The notes beneath the pieces are model-generated. The model was not told the DNA's origin. It worked only from the letters and a program-made list of their open reading frames with translations, and made no database searches. From Macrostomum lignano (lineage: Eukaryota), in NCBI GenBank assembly GCA_002269645.1, contig NIVC01000013.1, forward strand, positions 124,001-188,000: 64,000 nucleotides of DNA, written 5' to 3'. The translations under genes were made by a program, and so were the position numbers. Shown in pieces: positions 43,592-56,399 of this stretch. Numbering within the stretch: the first letter of the stretch is position 1; every line of letters begins with the position of its first letter.

Positions 43592-43614
43592 GCCGGTATA
43601 TTAAACCAAAACAG

Positions 43615-44848
43615 TGTGGTGATCCAGCATAGCTAGCATAGGCTGCTCCTGGGATCCCCTCTTAGTCAGTTAGTGCTTGGGCTGCAGCAGTGGGAGCTGG
43701 GCATAGGGCCTGCCCCTTCCTCCTCTTCCCTTGTGCAGGCTCAGGTGTGCAGCTGTCGCGGGACAGGGAGAGAAACTCTCTCCCCCTCTCCCCCTGGCGC
43801 AGTCTGCAATGGGCTAAAAATAGAAACATTAGTCAGTGGGATATTTCTCCCTTAGTACATGCTTATTTAGTCAGCGGGAGTGAGAGCATAGCTCTCCGCC
43901 CGGGGTAGGCTCTCGTGGGGTCTTGGTGCACTCCTTGCATGCCGCAACATGCAAGCAGTGTACCAGCAGGCCATGCGGAGGCTGCATGATGAGGCAGATG
44001 TCTTATGGACATCTCCAAGATCGCTCCTGGATCCGGGTAGTCCACGGAACTGCCATGGGATCTGCCACGGAACTGCCTCTGAGCTTCCCATTGGCCCTGA
44101 GACCCCCGAATTTTAGTATAAATACAGAGTAGGTGAGGGCCCGATGAGACCATCCTCGTTCAGGAGACGATCTCGTTCTCGATCCGAGACCGCCTGCTTG
44201 GCTTCGAGCAAAGGCTAGATTCCTAGATGCTTTTCCTAGACGAACTAGCTTAGGAAAATTCGCTAGACGCTTTTACTAGGGATAACCTGCTAACAAACCT
44301 TTGTTGCAGCTGCCATTTGCTCTTAAGACTGCCGCAGGTCTTTGTGTCATTAGCTCGCCAGACCTTCAACACCGTCTGGACCTGGTCTCGCGGTTTACAT
44401 CCTACGCTGTTGGGCAACATTAGTGACACCTAATAGGGTTTAGGGAACGTACTGCGACACCAGTGGAGTTACTAAACGATAATTTAGGATCGGCCTGTGA
44501 CCGTCATTCACATTAATAAACGCTTTAATGACTTGTTTTGTCTCATTTATTTTCTACTTATCAGTAGGCCTACCTAGGGATAACCTGTCGAGGATATCAC
44601 CTGTAGACCTACAAGGTGGCAGCAACCCAACTACCAATACTCGGTTTAATATCTAATTGTACTCTGTAGAGACTAAGAGGGGTTAATTCGGACCATAGTG
44701 CTAGACCACTCAGGCCAGCCACCGGCCGTGCAGGCTATTGAGGACAGACAGAGAAAGTAGTAGGCAACAGCAGTAGTCATCAAGGAGAAGGGGATCCACA
44801 GGCCATTACATTGATGTGATCCAAAGGGCCACAGGAACCAGCATTACA
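43615..44848 (+). mobile_element. 5' LTR (~1.23 kb) of a Gypsy element
   Basis: TGTGGTG...CATTACA termini, TATAAATA at 44117, AATAAA at 44515, followed by a PBS. Confidence 0.8.
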
Positions 44849-44849
44849 C

Positions 44850-44867
44850 TGGTGGCAGCGGTGGGAT
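44850..44867 (+). promoter_or_regulatory. Primer binding site, tRNA-Leu type
   Basis: TGGTGGCAGCGGTGGGAT is complementary to the 3' end ATCCCACCGCTGCCA-CCA of animal tRNA-Leu(AAG/TAG) as recalled. Confidence 0.8.
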
Positions 44868-45084
44868 CCGGTAAAACGACCACGTCAATCCATCGTCCAC
44901 CTACGTCTTAGTCTCACTTAGTAATCATAGCAATGTCTATTGCCAGCAGTCGTGCTTCAATGGCACCACCTGATGATGGTGCTGGAGCTGGGGCTGAGGC
45001 ACCAGTACTAGGCGAACGTCTGGATCGGTCGCCGATGCACTGGAGCGCCAGCTTGGTATAGGCCAAGTCAGGCAGCATGTCAAG

Positions 45085-45903
45085 ATGGCTAAATACACGC
45101 CATCCCAAGACATCCGCACGTGGATCAAAGCCTTCGATCTTCGCTGCGATACCGAAGACATTCGTGCCTGCCACAGGAAGGCGGAGTTGCTCGCCAACCT
45201 TGACGTGCACACGGCGTATGCTTCGGTCTTGCGCCTGAACTTGCCAGACCATCTGGATTATGAAGAGTTTAAGGAAGCGCTGATTGAGAGATTCTCAAAG
45301 AGAGGCGGCTCGCAGGAATTCCGAGAAGACTTCCGCTGCCGAACTCGGCGCAAGAACGAGGACATTGACGAGTTCGCAGATGCTCTCCGCGAACTTGGAG
45401 AACTCGCGTACCCTTATCTCTTGCCAGCTCAGCTCGAATCAGAACTTGTTGATCAGTTTCTGAAAGGCGTCAGAACTACAATTGAGGCGAGAGAACGGCT
45501 GTACTGGGGTCGTCCAGAGACTCTTCAGGACGCCAAGTTCGCCTTCAAGTGCATCGAGACAGCGCGTGAGCTTGCTGCCCGCAGCAAAGACGCACCCTGT
45601 CGCAGCCTAGGTGGGGACAAAGCTACGGTTCCCCGACAGGACGATGAGCTTAAGAATCTAATCAGACATCAGAATGAGGTTCTGCAGAAGCAGCAGCAGA
45701 TGCTTGAGCAGCTTCTCAAGCAGACGCCAGCCGCACCTGCCAGGGATAGGCTGCAAGGCATTGTGTGCCACGAGAGGACTGGCCACAAACTAGGCCACAA
45801 GAGGACTGACTGGCCTAAGTTCAAGGCTCAGAAGCCGGGAAACGTCCGGGCGGGGGTTGCCAACCAAAACCCTCTCCAGGGCCAACCCCCGAAGTCGCAC
45901 TAA
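45085..45903 (+). CDS. Gypsy gag
   Basis: W..F......FKEALIERF..FRCRTRRKNEDIDEFADALRELGELAYP..QFLKG (retrotransposon gag pattern); degenerate zinc knuckle. Confidence 0.85.
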   Translation: MAKYTPSQDIRTWIKAFDLRCDTEDIRACHRKAELLANLDVHTAYASVLRLNLPDHLDYEEFKEALIERFSKRGGSQEFREDFRCRTRRKNEDIDEFADALRELGELAYPYLLPAQLESELVDQFLKGVRTTIEARERLYWGRPETLQDAKFAFKCIETARELAARSKDAPCRSLGGDKATVPRQDDELKNLIRHQNEVLQKQQQMLEQLLKQTPAAPARDRLQGIVCHERTGHKLGHKRTDWPKFKAQKPGNVRAGVANQNPLQGQPPKSH

Positions 45904-46013
45904 AGCAGTCTGGAGAGTCTGGCGATACCGTAGACTCTTCCTTTGTAAATAATGTATATAACTCTGGTGCTGATCCTTATGTAACTGCGCTTATTTTCGG
46001 CCAACAGGTTCCC

Positions 46014-49000
46014 TTGCTTCTCGACAGCGAGAGCAGACTGAACCTGATGGGCCTTTCTACTTGGCGATTGTTATCGCGCAATACTGCACATGCATGCGTA
46101 GTTACACCTACTTATTCCGATCGTATTCTAACCTATGATGGTTCTGAATTACAGCTAACCGGTAAGGTTATGCTTGATGTTGTCTTCGGAGATTTCTCAG
46201 CTGAAGCTGAATTCTACATTGTAAGCGGCGATCAGGAGAATCTCCTAGGCATTGATTTTATGAGGAAGCACTGTCGGACCTTGGAGTTCCAGACAGGAAT
46301 GCTTACCCTCACTACTGGTACTTGTGTACCTGTGCGCTATACGCGCCGTGAGCCAACCTCGTGCAGTCTATGTTGCCGGAAAACATCAGATTCCTGCTCG
46401 AAGTTCTGGCCTTATATCTGTGCAACTGGCACGTGGCAAAGAATCGAATTATGGAGTGCCAGCAGTGGTTGAACCACTCAGATCTGGACTCCGCGCTGGG
46501 CTTTCCCAGGTCCGCGCATCTGCAGCATTGGTAACGATGCATGAAGGCAAAGGCTACATGGAAGTCGTTAATCCTAACAACTTTCCAGTTAATATAGCCA
46601 AAGGAGCCTTGGTGGGCCTTGCCACACCGCTCCGAACGCAAGACCTCGAGTACTATCCAGAGCTGAAAGCAACACCTGTGCGTAAGTTGCACCTAGACGA
46701 TAACGTCAATTCAGCCAGTGACGATTGGATCAATGAGATAGAGATAGGCGATTCGATCACGGAGGACCAGAAGTCCCAGGTTCGTGAGCTGATCAGAGAG
46801 TCGCGTAATGCGTTCTCCACGCACACTCTTGATCACGGTCTGACTCACCTGGTGACCCATCAGATCGTCATGCGAGACGAGACTCCAGTTAGGATCCCAG
46901 CTCGCAGGGTCCCCCCGCACCTGCAAGATCAGGTTAATCAGCTGCTAGATGAGATGCTAGAGAAGGGCTTGATCAGGCCATCTTATTCAAGCTACAGCTC
47001 TCCTATCTTAGTAGTGCCTAAGAAGGATAAATCAGTCCGCATAGTCCACGACTATCGCGAGCTGAATGAGCGATGCGAATATCGACCGTATCCGTTGCCA
47101 TCTATCCAGGAGATGTTTGCATGCCTCTGTGGATCTCAATGGTTCAGCAGCTTGGATCTTGCTCAAGGATTTTATCAGATCCCGTTGCGTGAAGAGGATC
47201 GTTTTCGCACAGCCTTCTCAGTGATCAATCGGGGTCAGTTTGAGTTTAACGTCTTGCCTATGGGACTTCGCGATAGCCCTGGAGCCTTCCAGCGATGCAT
47301 CAATATGCTGCTAGACGGTATCACTAAGTTCGCCTTAGGATACATGGATGACATTGTCATTCATAGTATTGCCTTCGAGAAGCACCTCGAACATCTTCGC
47401 GAAATGTTCAGGCGGCTCATCGAAGCCAATCTTAAGCTAAAGCCATGCAAATGCCATCTGTTTAAGACAGAGTTGCACTACCTTGGACATGTAGTCGACA
47501 GACGAGGCATTAGGACTAATGAAGACAAGGTACAGCAGATACTAGACTGGCCGCGTCCTCAGACAGTCAAGCAGCTGCAGAGCTTTCTAGGTCTCTGTAA
47601 CTACTATGCCAAATTCGTCAAGAATTACGCCGAAATTGCTGCCCCGTTGCATCAATTGACTCGGAAGAACCTTGTTGGGTTCAAGGGGCTCTGGACAGAG
47701 CAACACTCGAAAGCCTTCGATGAGCTCAAGAAGAAGCTGTGCTCTACCGAGGTCCTCGCGTACCCAGAGTACAACACAGACCCAGACACAGTCTTCGTCC
47801 TGGATTGTGATGCCTCCGGTTTCCGAATCGGCGCCTGTTTAGGCCAGCGCCAATCCGATGGTGCGGAGCGGCCTGTTGCCTATTTTAGTCGGAAATTGCG
47901 CGAGCCTGAAACGAGGTACAACAACACCAAGCGTGAGCTTTTGGCCGTTGTTGACTCGATGAGGCATTTTCGATATTACTTAATCGGCAAGAGATTTGAG
48001 GTTAGAACAGACCACAGGGCTCTTCTTTGGCTCATTCGCCAGACTGAAGCCGAAGGGATCTTGGGTCGTTGGGTTGAACGGCTAAGTGAATTCGACTTTG
48101 CTGTCATTCATCGGAAGGGAAGTTTGCACCAGAACGCAGACAGTTTATCAAGAAAGCCGGACGGTCCGGAGTTCGATGACTGTCGTCCTGGAGCACGGAC
48201 ACCCAACCAGACAGACAATGAGGCCACTGTACCCTCAGCCCTCAGATTAGTCGAAGACACCAGCCAAGTAACCTCCAGCAGTTCTGCCTCGCAGGAATCT
48301 CGTATTGCCGTCGCCGGCTCATCATGTTGTCCCTCAGTGGACCGATGTCCGACACCCGTTATTGCGGCCGTTTCTGCCGACTCAACATGTTCCTCAGTGA
48401 ACCGTTGTTCGGCTGGAGCGTCCGAGGCTGTCTGCCAGACTGATGCGACATGTTGTCCCTCAGTGGACCGCCGCTCGGAATGGGCAGCCAAGGTTGCTGG
48501 TTTAGCTGTGGACTTTGCCCCAGTTGGACGCCACACTACCGCACCTACGGCCATAGAAGCTGTTCGCCCTCGTGTCTCAGGTGACCTGACCGCAGAGATC
48601 CAGACCGACGACGCAGCAAGGCCATTATCTGCTTCAATAATGGAATCAGCGAGCCGTAGCGTTAGTGAGGATGTTCCTCCACGCTGTCGTGTTCTGCTTA
48701 GTGATTTTCTGTCCGAACCTCTGAAGCGAGACCGACTGCTCCTCGAGCAGCAGAAGGACCCGGACATTGAGTTCGTAATAAACCTTTTAGTGACTAGTTC
48801 GCCCAAGCCGTCTTTTGACGCCCGACCACGTCTTAGTAGGGATACGCGCAACCTACTAGGCTACTTTGAGATGTTGCGGCTAGTAGACAACCTGCTCGTC
48901 TACGATGAAGACATAGCAGACCGTCCACCGCGCATTGTGCTGCCGAAGAGTCTAGATGACCAGGTGTTCAAAGAGCTCCATGATGCTCCCTTGAGTGGAC

Positions 49001-49907
49001 ACCTTGGGGAAACTAAGACCTATCTTCGGGTCAGACAAAGGTTTTGGAGGCCGTCTTTGAGTAAAGCGGTTAAGGCCTACGTGGCACGATGTCGAGTCTG
49101 CCTGGAGAGCAAGACTCGCCGTTGCGAAGCTGTGCCTGTGCAGAGCTTCTTAGTCTGTGAAGTAATGGGGCGGCTACACTGCGACGTGGTCGGCCCAATC
49201 TCGCAGCCTTCGCGAGCTGGCCACCGCTATATTCTGACGCTATGCGATGCTACTTCAAAATACCCCTTTGCGTTCCCTATGCGGAACCAGAAGACCAAGA
49301 CCGTAGTCAAGATTCTTCAGGAAAGGTTGTTTCCGGAGTATGGTGTACCAGCGTGGCTGCACACCGACCAAGGAACGAATTTCACTGGAAAATACTTTAA
49401 GAAGTTTTGTGAGCTGTACGGCATTAGGCACACGACTACAACGCCGTATAATCCTAGTTCGAATGGCCAGGTGGAAAATCTCAACAAGACAAGAGTGTAC
49501 TCACGTGCTTGCTGGAGAAGAATCACCAGGATTGGGACACCTTCCTCCCAGCATGCATGATCGCTCTGCGATCTAGCGTTCACCCGGTTACAGGGTTTAC
49601 GCCCTACTTCTTGGTCTTTGGAAGAGAATACCGGATGCCCATTGATAATGAGCTTCGGGTCCCACCTGAATATCCGGACTTGCCAACCTACGTCCAAGAC
49701 TTCCAGAAGAGACTAGAGGAAGCTAATAAGTTAGCCCAGGACCGTGTGAAGCTGCATCAGGAACTTCGCGATGAACATTATGAGAATCGCCCGAAGGCCA
49801 AGCAGCTCTCACCGGGTGACTTAGTCTTCGTGAACAACCCAGTCTTAGATCAGTCTTGGGAAGCGCAGAAATTTCACAGACCACGCAAGGCTGTGTATGA
49901 AGTGTAG
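46014..49907 (+). CDS. Gypsy pol (protease, RT, RNase H, integrase; frameshifts near 46320 and 49500)
   Basis: LDLAQGFYQ, PMGL, YMDD, DASG, YFSRKL, RELLA, TDH, H-x7-H..C-x2-C, HCDVVGP, TDQGTNF, PYNPSSNGQVE; 1078-aa open frame. No 3' LTR found. Confidence 0.93.
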
Positions 49908-51772
49908 AGCGCAAAGGAGAAGTTGTCTACAAGATCAGACCTCGCCTCCGGAATCCTAGGGCTCGTCGAGAGGAGTTGGTGGTGCACCGTCGCAATATGC
50001 TACCGGTTCCGCAAGCTGACTATCCAGAGCCAGCTGGCCGGGCAGCTGAGCACCGTGCTGGGCCGCCGCGTAAGCGTCGCGTTGCCATAGAAACCACTGC
50101 CTCTCAGAATACCGGCGAAGCCGCCGATGACGTTGACGAGCTCGATGACGATGATGATGACTGGGCTCCGCGCTACTTTCTGCGTCCGGCCGCAGCATTA
50201 GCAGCGATCCCAGAAGTCGCCGAACCTGCAACGAATAAGGATGGGGAAGCTGTTCATGAGCAACCTGAAACACACAGGGAAATAGAACAGCCAGAAGCGG
50301 TGCCCCCGGACCCCTAGCCTGCTGCTGAGCGCCCTCAGAGAGACCGCCGAGCCCCAGATAGACTAGTAATGAATCCTAGAGCTAAATCTTATGTCGCTAG
50401 GATCAAGGATGCGTTAGCCTCTACAATAAGGCGCATTTTTCCGCATTCCAGCTTCAACATGAGCGACGCTGAAATGCCGTTGGAGCAACAGCTCTCGTTA
50501 TCCGCATCCAATGATTCCTTCGAGCCAGCGGACACTTCATCACCATGCCCGGATGCGGGGCGAATATCCACGAAACCGTCACCAATACCATCGGGCCCGC
50601 CAGTCACGGCTCCCATCGGGGTTGTCCGGCGCACACTGCTGCAGGTGGACACCAACGTCCAGACCTCAGTTGGGCCCCGGACAGAGCCCCCACCAAGGAA
50701 GACAGCGCTGCTCGACCACCCCCCGGCCAGAGGACGAGGTCGCTCTGCAGCGGGCGGCTCGCGAAGCCGCTCTGGCCAACGGGCGGCAAATTGGCGTTCC
50801 GCAGAACGCCCATCGGTTCAGGATAGATTAGGGGGGCGAAGCCGCTCCCCTCCTCGCAAGGTGGCACCGGCCAGCATTGGCGGGACGGCCTGTAGCAGCC
50901 AGTCGCAGCCGGCCAAGGAGCCCATCAAGCATATGATCGCGGCCATTCTGCTAAAGGCCGCGTATACCGGAGAAATAACGGTCTGGCCCACACCGCAAAC
51001 CATTGCACTAAAGGCTGTTTTGTATTAATTCCTTTACATATTCGTTTTCTTCTTTGCTTGCCTTCACATTTGGAATATTTTCACTTATCCTACTAAGTAT
51101 TCTTATAAATAAAGGTTTGCAGCTTCTGCAGCGGCTATTTGTTTATGTGTGAAAGTACGGCATTCTGAGCTTCTTGTGATGCTGGTGCTTGTCTATGGCA
51201 AGGACCAAAAAAATCGAGCTTCTGGCGATCCAGTTATATTATTCATCCATGGGATTAACGCTAGAGGGGGGTGGGCGGAGACATGAATTTATCTCATTGA
51301 AAGCAGATGGAAGCAAAAAAGCTGTAAAAATTTGTCCTCCCTCCACGTCCTCGATCCGCCTTAGGCTACGCCCCTGGTCGTCCTTGGGTTAGTATTAATA
51401 ATCATAATTTCATTTGTGTTTCTTTAATGTCAAACAAATTGTCAAATTGTCACTTATAAATTATCTTTACTTTTATTACATAAACCTTAGCTAAATACAG
51501 TTTGCAGTTATTTCGTCTGCTGCCTTTTCGTCTGCTGGCAGACGAAACAATTTTTTCTAGCAGACAAATCGAACGCGGGTCCTAGAATTTTCGCGGTCTG
51601 CAGTGAACGGCCTGTTAATGAGTTTAAGCAAACATACGTAATTTACTTGTTTAAATAGAAATTGTATAAGTTATCTTTGAAACAATTTTTGTACTTAATA
51701 TGCATACCAAACACAATTAATTTTGCATTAGTGAACAATGCAAATCATAGCACTTACAAATCTGCATGCTAC

Positions 51773-52756
51773 TGTAGTGACTGGCTGCTAACTGGCTATT
51801 TCAGCAGCATCCACTGGCTTTCCTTAAGAGCTCCGTGTTCCGCTGCACAGCAGTTCAGTCCACCTGACCTAAAGAGAGCTAACCTGTGCTGGGCCTGAGT
51901 GTTTACTGCCCGATGACTCATCGCCCGGGCAGGCGCGGGCAGCCACACTCAATGTCTTCCCACTTTCCCACTCCAGCTGAGGAGGCATAGCAGGATTCCT
52001 CATCACCTTCCCTGAGTGTAAAGGCTGCCTAGAGGGAGTAAACAGGATGACTCATCCACCCAAATCTTTTTTAGCACAGAATAAGCACGTGACTGTGCAC
52101 GCTAGTTGTGCGTGGCAGCTGACCTTGAGTCACGCCACGGCGGCGTGACAGGGCTACCTTTTTTGAAGGTTGGCCTTGAGTCACGCACCTCTTGCGTGAC
52201 TCGGGGGACCAAATAAGGAAGATTCACGCGCTCACCGCATGAAACTCACGTGACTTTTGGGGGTCCGCTTGGCTATAAATACAGAGCAGCTGGGAACCGT
52301 TTTTCCCCAGACCTCGCGATTCGTGCCGCCGCGCTTGGACCTCGTCCGGAGATGCCTCTCTGCCTCCGAGCACTCCTCTCTCTTTTCATGATTTCAGGTT
52401 TTGCAGGTTCGAGCAGCAATCGTAGGAACGATCAACTGTCGAGACATTTTCAGATTTGCCTTGCTCCGAGCGATTTCGTTATTTTATTTCAGGTTACGGA
52501 TAGACAACTCTGCCGACGCGTCGAGTCCGCAAACCAAGGTGGCAGCAACCCTACAGAGTCTAAGGCTAACGTTTTAGGCTTTCACAGGCAAATCGATAGG
52601 TAGTACAACGTTACTATCTAGCTACTTTCGGAGCAGCGAGTTCAAATTTAGGTACATCATCAAGAACTCGGGAAGGAGCGTAACACTACCAGGGTTAGCG
52701 AGTGAGCATAACACACACCGACATAGACTAAAGTTTCAAGTTGAGTTGTTACTACG
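51773..52756 (+). mobile_element. Solo LTR (~980 bp)
   Basis: Starts TGTAGTGA and ends TTACTAC(G); near-TSD GCTAC/GCCAC; TATAAATACAGAG and CAAGGTGGCAGCAACCC shared with the LTR at 43615. Confidence 0.65.
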
Positions 52757-53399
52757 CCACTTGTATAAATTATAGTTGTAACCTTAAAGAAAGGCCGAAA
52801 TTTTCGAATCAGTACAATTGATATCTAGGTGCTTATGACTCGCCTGAAAAGTGCACTGAATGCCGCGTTTAATTTTGTATTCAAATTTATTGCAAATAAT
52901 ATTTATAACAAATTAATACTGTATTGGATTAAAATTGCTCATATTACGAGTTCTGAGTGCCACAACTTAATACTATATGTATCAGCATGAATTTTAAATG
53001 TGAAAATTTTCATAGTAAACGAAGTGAACAAATTGGCAGACGAAATGACTCTACATGAAAATTAGCAGACGAAATCACCATCAACCATTACATACTAGGC
53101 CTTGTAATATAAAACACCCGTATATACACTTTTGGCCGTATATATCACGTAAAAAGGGCCAGTTTTGACCGGAATATCATGATATATGATACGGTAGCAC
53201 GGTATCATAATGCAAAAAGCCTATCCTTTTTCGCGCAATTTCAAATGACTTATGCCTGCAGTTTCATTTATTGCTTGTAGGATATTTAATTTCATTGTAG
53301 AATCTAACGGCGGTGCTACTTCACCAGCTCCTACTGGCTAGCTACTTTTCTCCATGTACACAGTGTATTACGTTTATGTTTTCTCCCTTTTAGCATGGT

Positions 53400-56398
53400 G
53401 ATTGTTGGCTGTGGGCAGCGGCTAAAGTCCGCAAGCTGCGCCATATGTCTATGGCTCAAAAAGCTGCTACAGACCGCTTGTGTGTATGCGTTGTCTAGCC
53501 GAGCTAAAGAGCAAGAAAGGAGGAGGAGCGTTTTAGAGTTGAAATAAATAAGAGCCAACATCAACCAACAATACCAACGTGTCAACTGCCTTAGTGACTC
53601 AACCAGGAGACCAACGACAGACTAGCAATGGCGACGAGGATCGGTGCAAGGCAACTGGAGATACTGAATGTCGTCGAGTGCCCAAAGCGCTGGTTCCAAA
53701 GGTTCGAGATCATCGCTTCACTTGAAGGTTGGACGGATGATACGAAAAGGAAGGCATTCTTGGCGTCCATCGGTCCGAAAGGATTTGATGTAATCGCGGA
53801 TGCGGTTTCCCCTGATGAGCCAACTTCCAAGTCGTACGAGCAACTGGTTGGAGTATCGAAGAGCCAGATCAAGCCGGATAAGTTAGCGATTGCACTGCAC
53901 TATGAATTTCATCAAATAAAGCAAAAGAAAGACGAAGACACTGCATCTTATGCAAGAAGACTGAGACTGGATGCTGAAGGATGCCAGTTTACAGACATCA
54001 ACGAGCGACTTCGTGATCAATTCATTTTCGGATTGGAGAATAGAGACATCTTGAGGAAACTGATGACAAAGAAGCTGGAAGACCTAACTTGGGAAAGGTC
54101 ACCACAGTAGCGTCAGCATGTGAGGCTGTCGGCAGAGGAGAACAATACATGTCAAAGGGAGAAGTTTTTAAAGTCCAGATGAAGAAGAATTTCTTATCTT
54201 CGAGTGCATCAAGCAAGTGGACACCGAAGCCTACTCAGCTCAGAAGCAAATCTGCGCAGAAGCATGAAGCAAGAGTCTGCTATTGTTGTGGTAAGCCAAA
54301 CCACTCCAAGGCACAGTGCAAGTTTAAAAACTTCAAGTGTGGACTCTGCGGAAAGGTTGGGCATCTGAAGGCCGTGTGCAGTGGCGGTGGAAATTCTCTG
54401 ACAAAGAGTGCTACTATCAGTGCAGTTACCGGTAAGACACCTGAACCTGTTGACTGTGATAATTTTCTCAGCCTTGCCGGCGAACGGTTCAAAAGACAGG
54501 TGGTCATAAATGGTACTCACGTTCAAATGTTGTTGGACACAGGGTCTGACGTTTCACTTATGTCACTTGCTGAATTCAATCAGCTAAAGAAGCACACGCC
54601 AATAGAGACCACAACTCGCAGGTTCAAGGATTACAACGGTAATGATATTGGACTGCTAGGTGTCTCACACGTCAGTGTAGTGTATTGAGGATTCAGAGGA
54701 AAGCTTTCACTGTGTATCGTGAAATCTAGCAGCACTGTTTTTGGTGTTGAGTGGCTCGATGCTGCAGATACCGAGCAACTGGTGAGAGTGGCATCATCAT
54801 CAACTAAAGTGTCAATCACATTGGCTGAAGGCACTAAGCCAATTTTCTTCAAACCACGAGCTATTCCATTTGCCATTCGGAACCAAGTGAAGGAAGAACT
54901 CGAGAATCTGGAGAAAGAAGGCAAGATAACCAAAGTGGACGACAGTGACTGGGCAACACCGATTGTGTGCGTCCGCAAGCCAAATGGTAAAATCCGAATT
55001 TGTGGCGATTACAAAGTCACTCTGAATGAGCATCTGAACAGGATAGTCACAACTACTCCGGCAGCAGATGACATTTTCGCTGAGCTGCATAGCTCAAAGA
55101 TATTTTCTACTTTGGACTTGACAAATGCCTATTTGCAGTTTGCGGTATGAGTCTATTTATGTATATTTGCAGTAATTTGCAGTATGAGTCTTCCAAGTTG
55201 ACAAAAATTTCAACACCGTTTGGACTCTTCCGATACAACTTCCTTCCGTTCGGAATCAAGCAGAGTCCTGCCATCTTTCAAAGTTTTATAGATCGAATTC
55301 TGTTTGGCATGAAGAATGTGCATTCCTATCAGGATGACATACTAGTGCATGGAAAGGAATAGCAGAGTCACGATCAGCAGCTAAAGGCCGTTCTGAACAG
55401 ACTGAAAGAGCACAGTCTGACAGTGAAAATGGAGAAAAGCAAAATTGGACAACTGGAGGTGGAGTTTCTGGAATTTCTGATTAACCAGCAAGGAATTCGA
55501 TCCAACCCGAATAAACTTGATGTCATTTTGCAATTCAAGGAGCCAACAAATGCAGCTCAATTGCGATCGTTCATTGGCATGATGGAGTTTTATTCTAAGT
55601 TTCTGCCAAACCTCTCGGAAGTAAAGGAACCACAGAGTGAGCTACTCAGGCAGAAGACACGTTGGTCATGGCAAGCAAGTCAGAAGCAAGCTTTTGAAAA
55701 GCTGAAGCAAATGCTAGCCAGAAGTAACATCTTGAAGCCATTTAACCCGAGCGACAGGCTATTACGCTTGACATGTGATGCTTCCCCGCACGGTGTTGGT
55801 GCCGTTCTGGAACAGTCTGAGGGCCCGGTGCTGTTCGTATTAAAGACGCTTACGTCAGCAGAGAGAAATTATGCACAGATCGATAGAGAGACGCTGGGTA
55901 TTACGTGGGCTGTCAAACGCCTGCATAAGTACCTTTTATGGTCGGCGCTTTACGTTAGTGACGGATCATCAACCTCTCAAGTTCATCTTTAACCCAGGAA
56001 TAGGAATTTCGGCAGTTGCAGCAGCAAGGATACAAAGACTACGACATTCAATGTCTGCGATCTGAGGAGATCTCGGTTGCAGACGCACTTTCACGGTGCG
56101 AAAGCGAAGCAGCCAAGGCACAATCTTTTGAAGTGAATAAGATTCAGTACACTTCAGTAGAGCTGCCAATTTCCAAGAAAGAAATCCGGGAAGTCTCTAA
56201 GCAGGATCAGGAGATGCGCCTTTTGTTCAAGCAGCTAAAGTTTGGATGGACTGAAGAAGGAAGAGTAAAGCTGTCGCACTTCCGTAAAATGACAGACGAA
56301 CTCAGCCTAGACGACAGTATCATCTACCGAGGGAATCGAATAATCATTCCACAAATGTTAAGAGAAAAGGTGACTGAGATACTGCATGAAGGACATGC
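53400..56398 (+). mobile_element. Mag-like Ty3/Gypsy element, 3'-truncated
   Basis: PBS TGGCGACGAGGAT (tRNA-Ser type) at 53629; gag with CYCCGKPNHSKAQC and CGLCGKVGHLKAVC knuckles; LLDTGS; RT YQDDIL; RH CDASPHGVGAVL; ends at the integrase LHEGH. LTR limits uncertain. Confidence 0.9.
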
Positions 56399-56399
56399 A

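Larger units (their letters stand above)
41638..51376 (+). mobile_element. P-superfamily (THAP) DNA transposon with long TIRs, invaded by a Gypsy element
   Basis: Ends CAGGCGCGTAGCC and (rc) CAGGGGCGTAGCC; inverted homology 41638-41990 vs ~51100-51376; flanks GACGTCCC / GTCGTCCT (6 of 8 match, eroded 8-bp TSD). Confidence 0.75.

Noticed and set aside
35336-50867. Numerous antisense and alternate-frame ORFs over LINE, Gypsy and transposase genes
   Set aside because: Shadow ORFs of GC-rich coding sequence with no independent motifs.
51500-53090. GCAGACGAAA inverted sub-repeats flanking the solo LTR (possible MITE)
   Set aside because: Could not define termini or a TSD.
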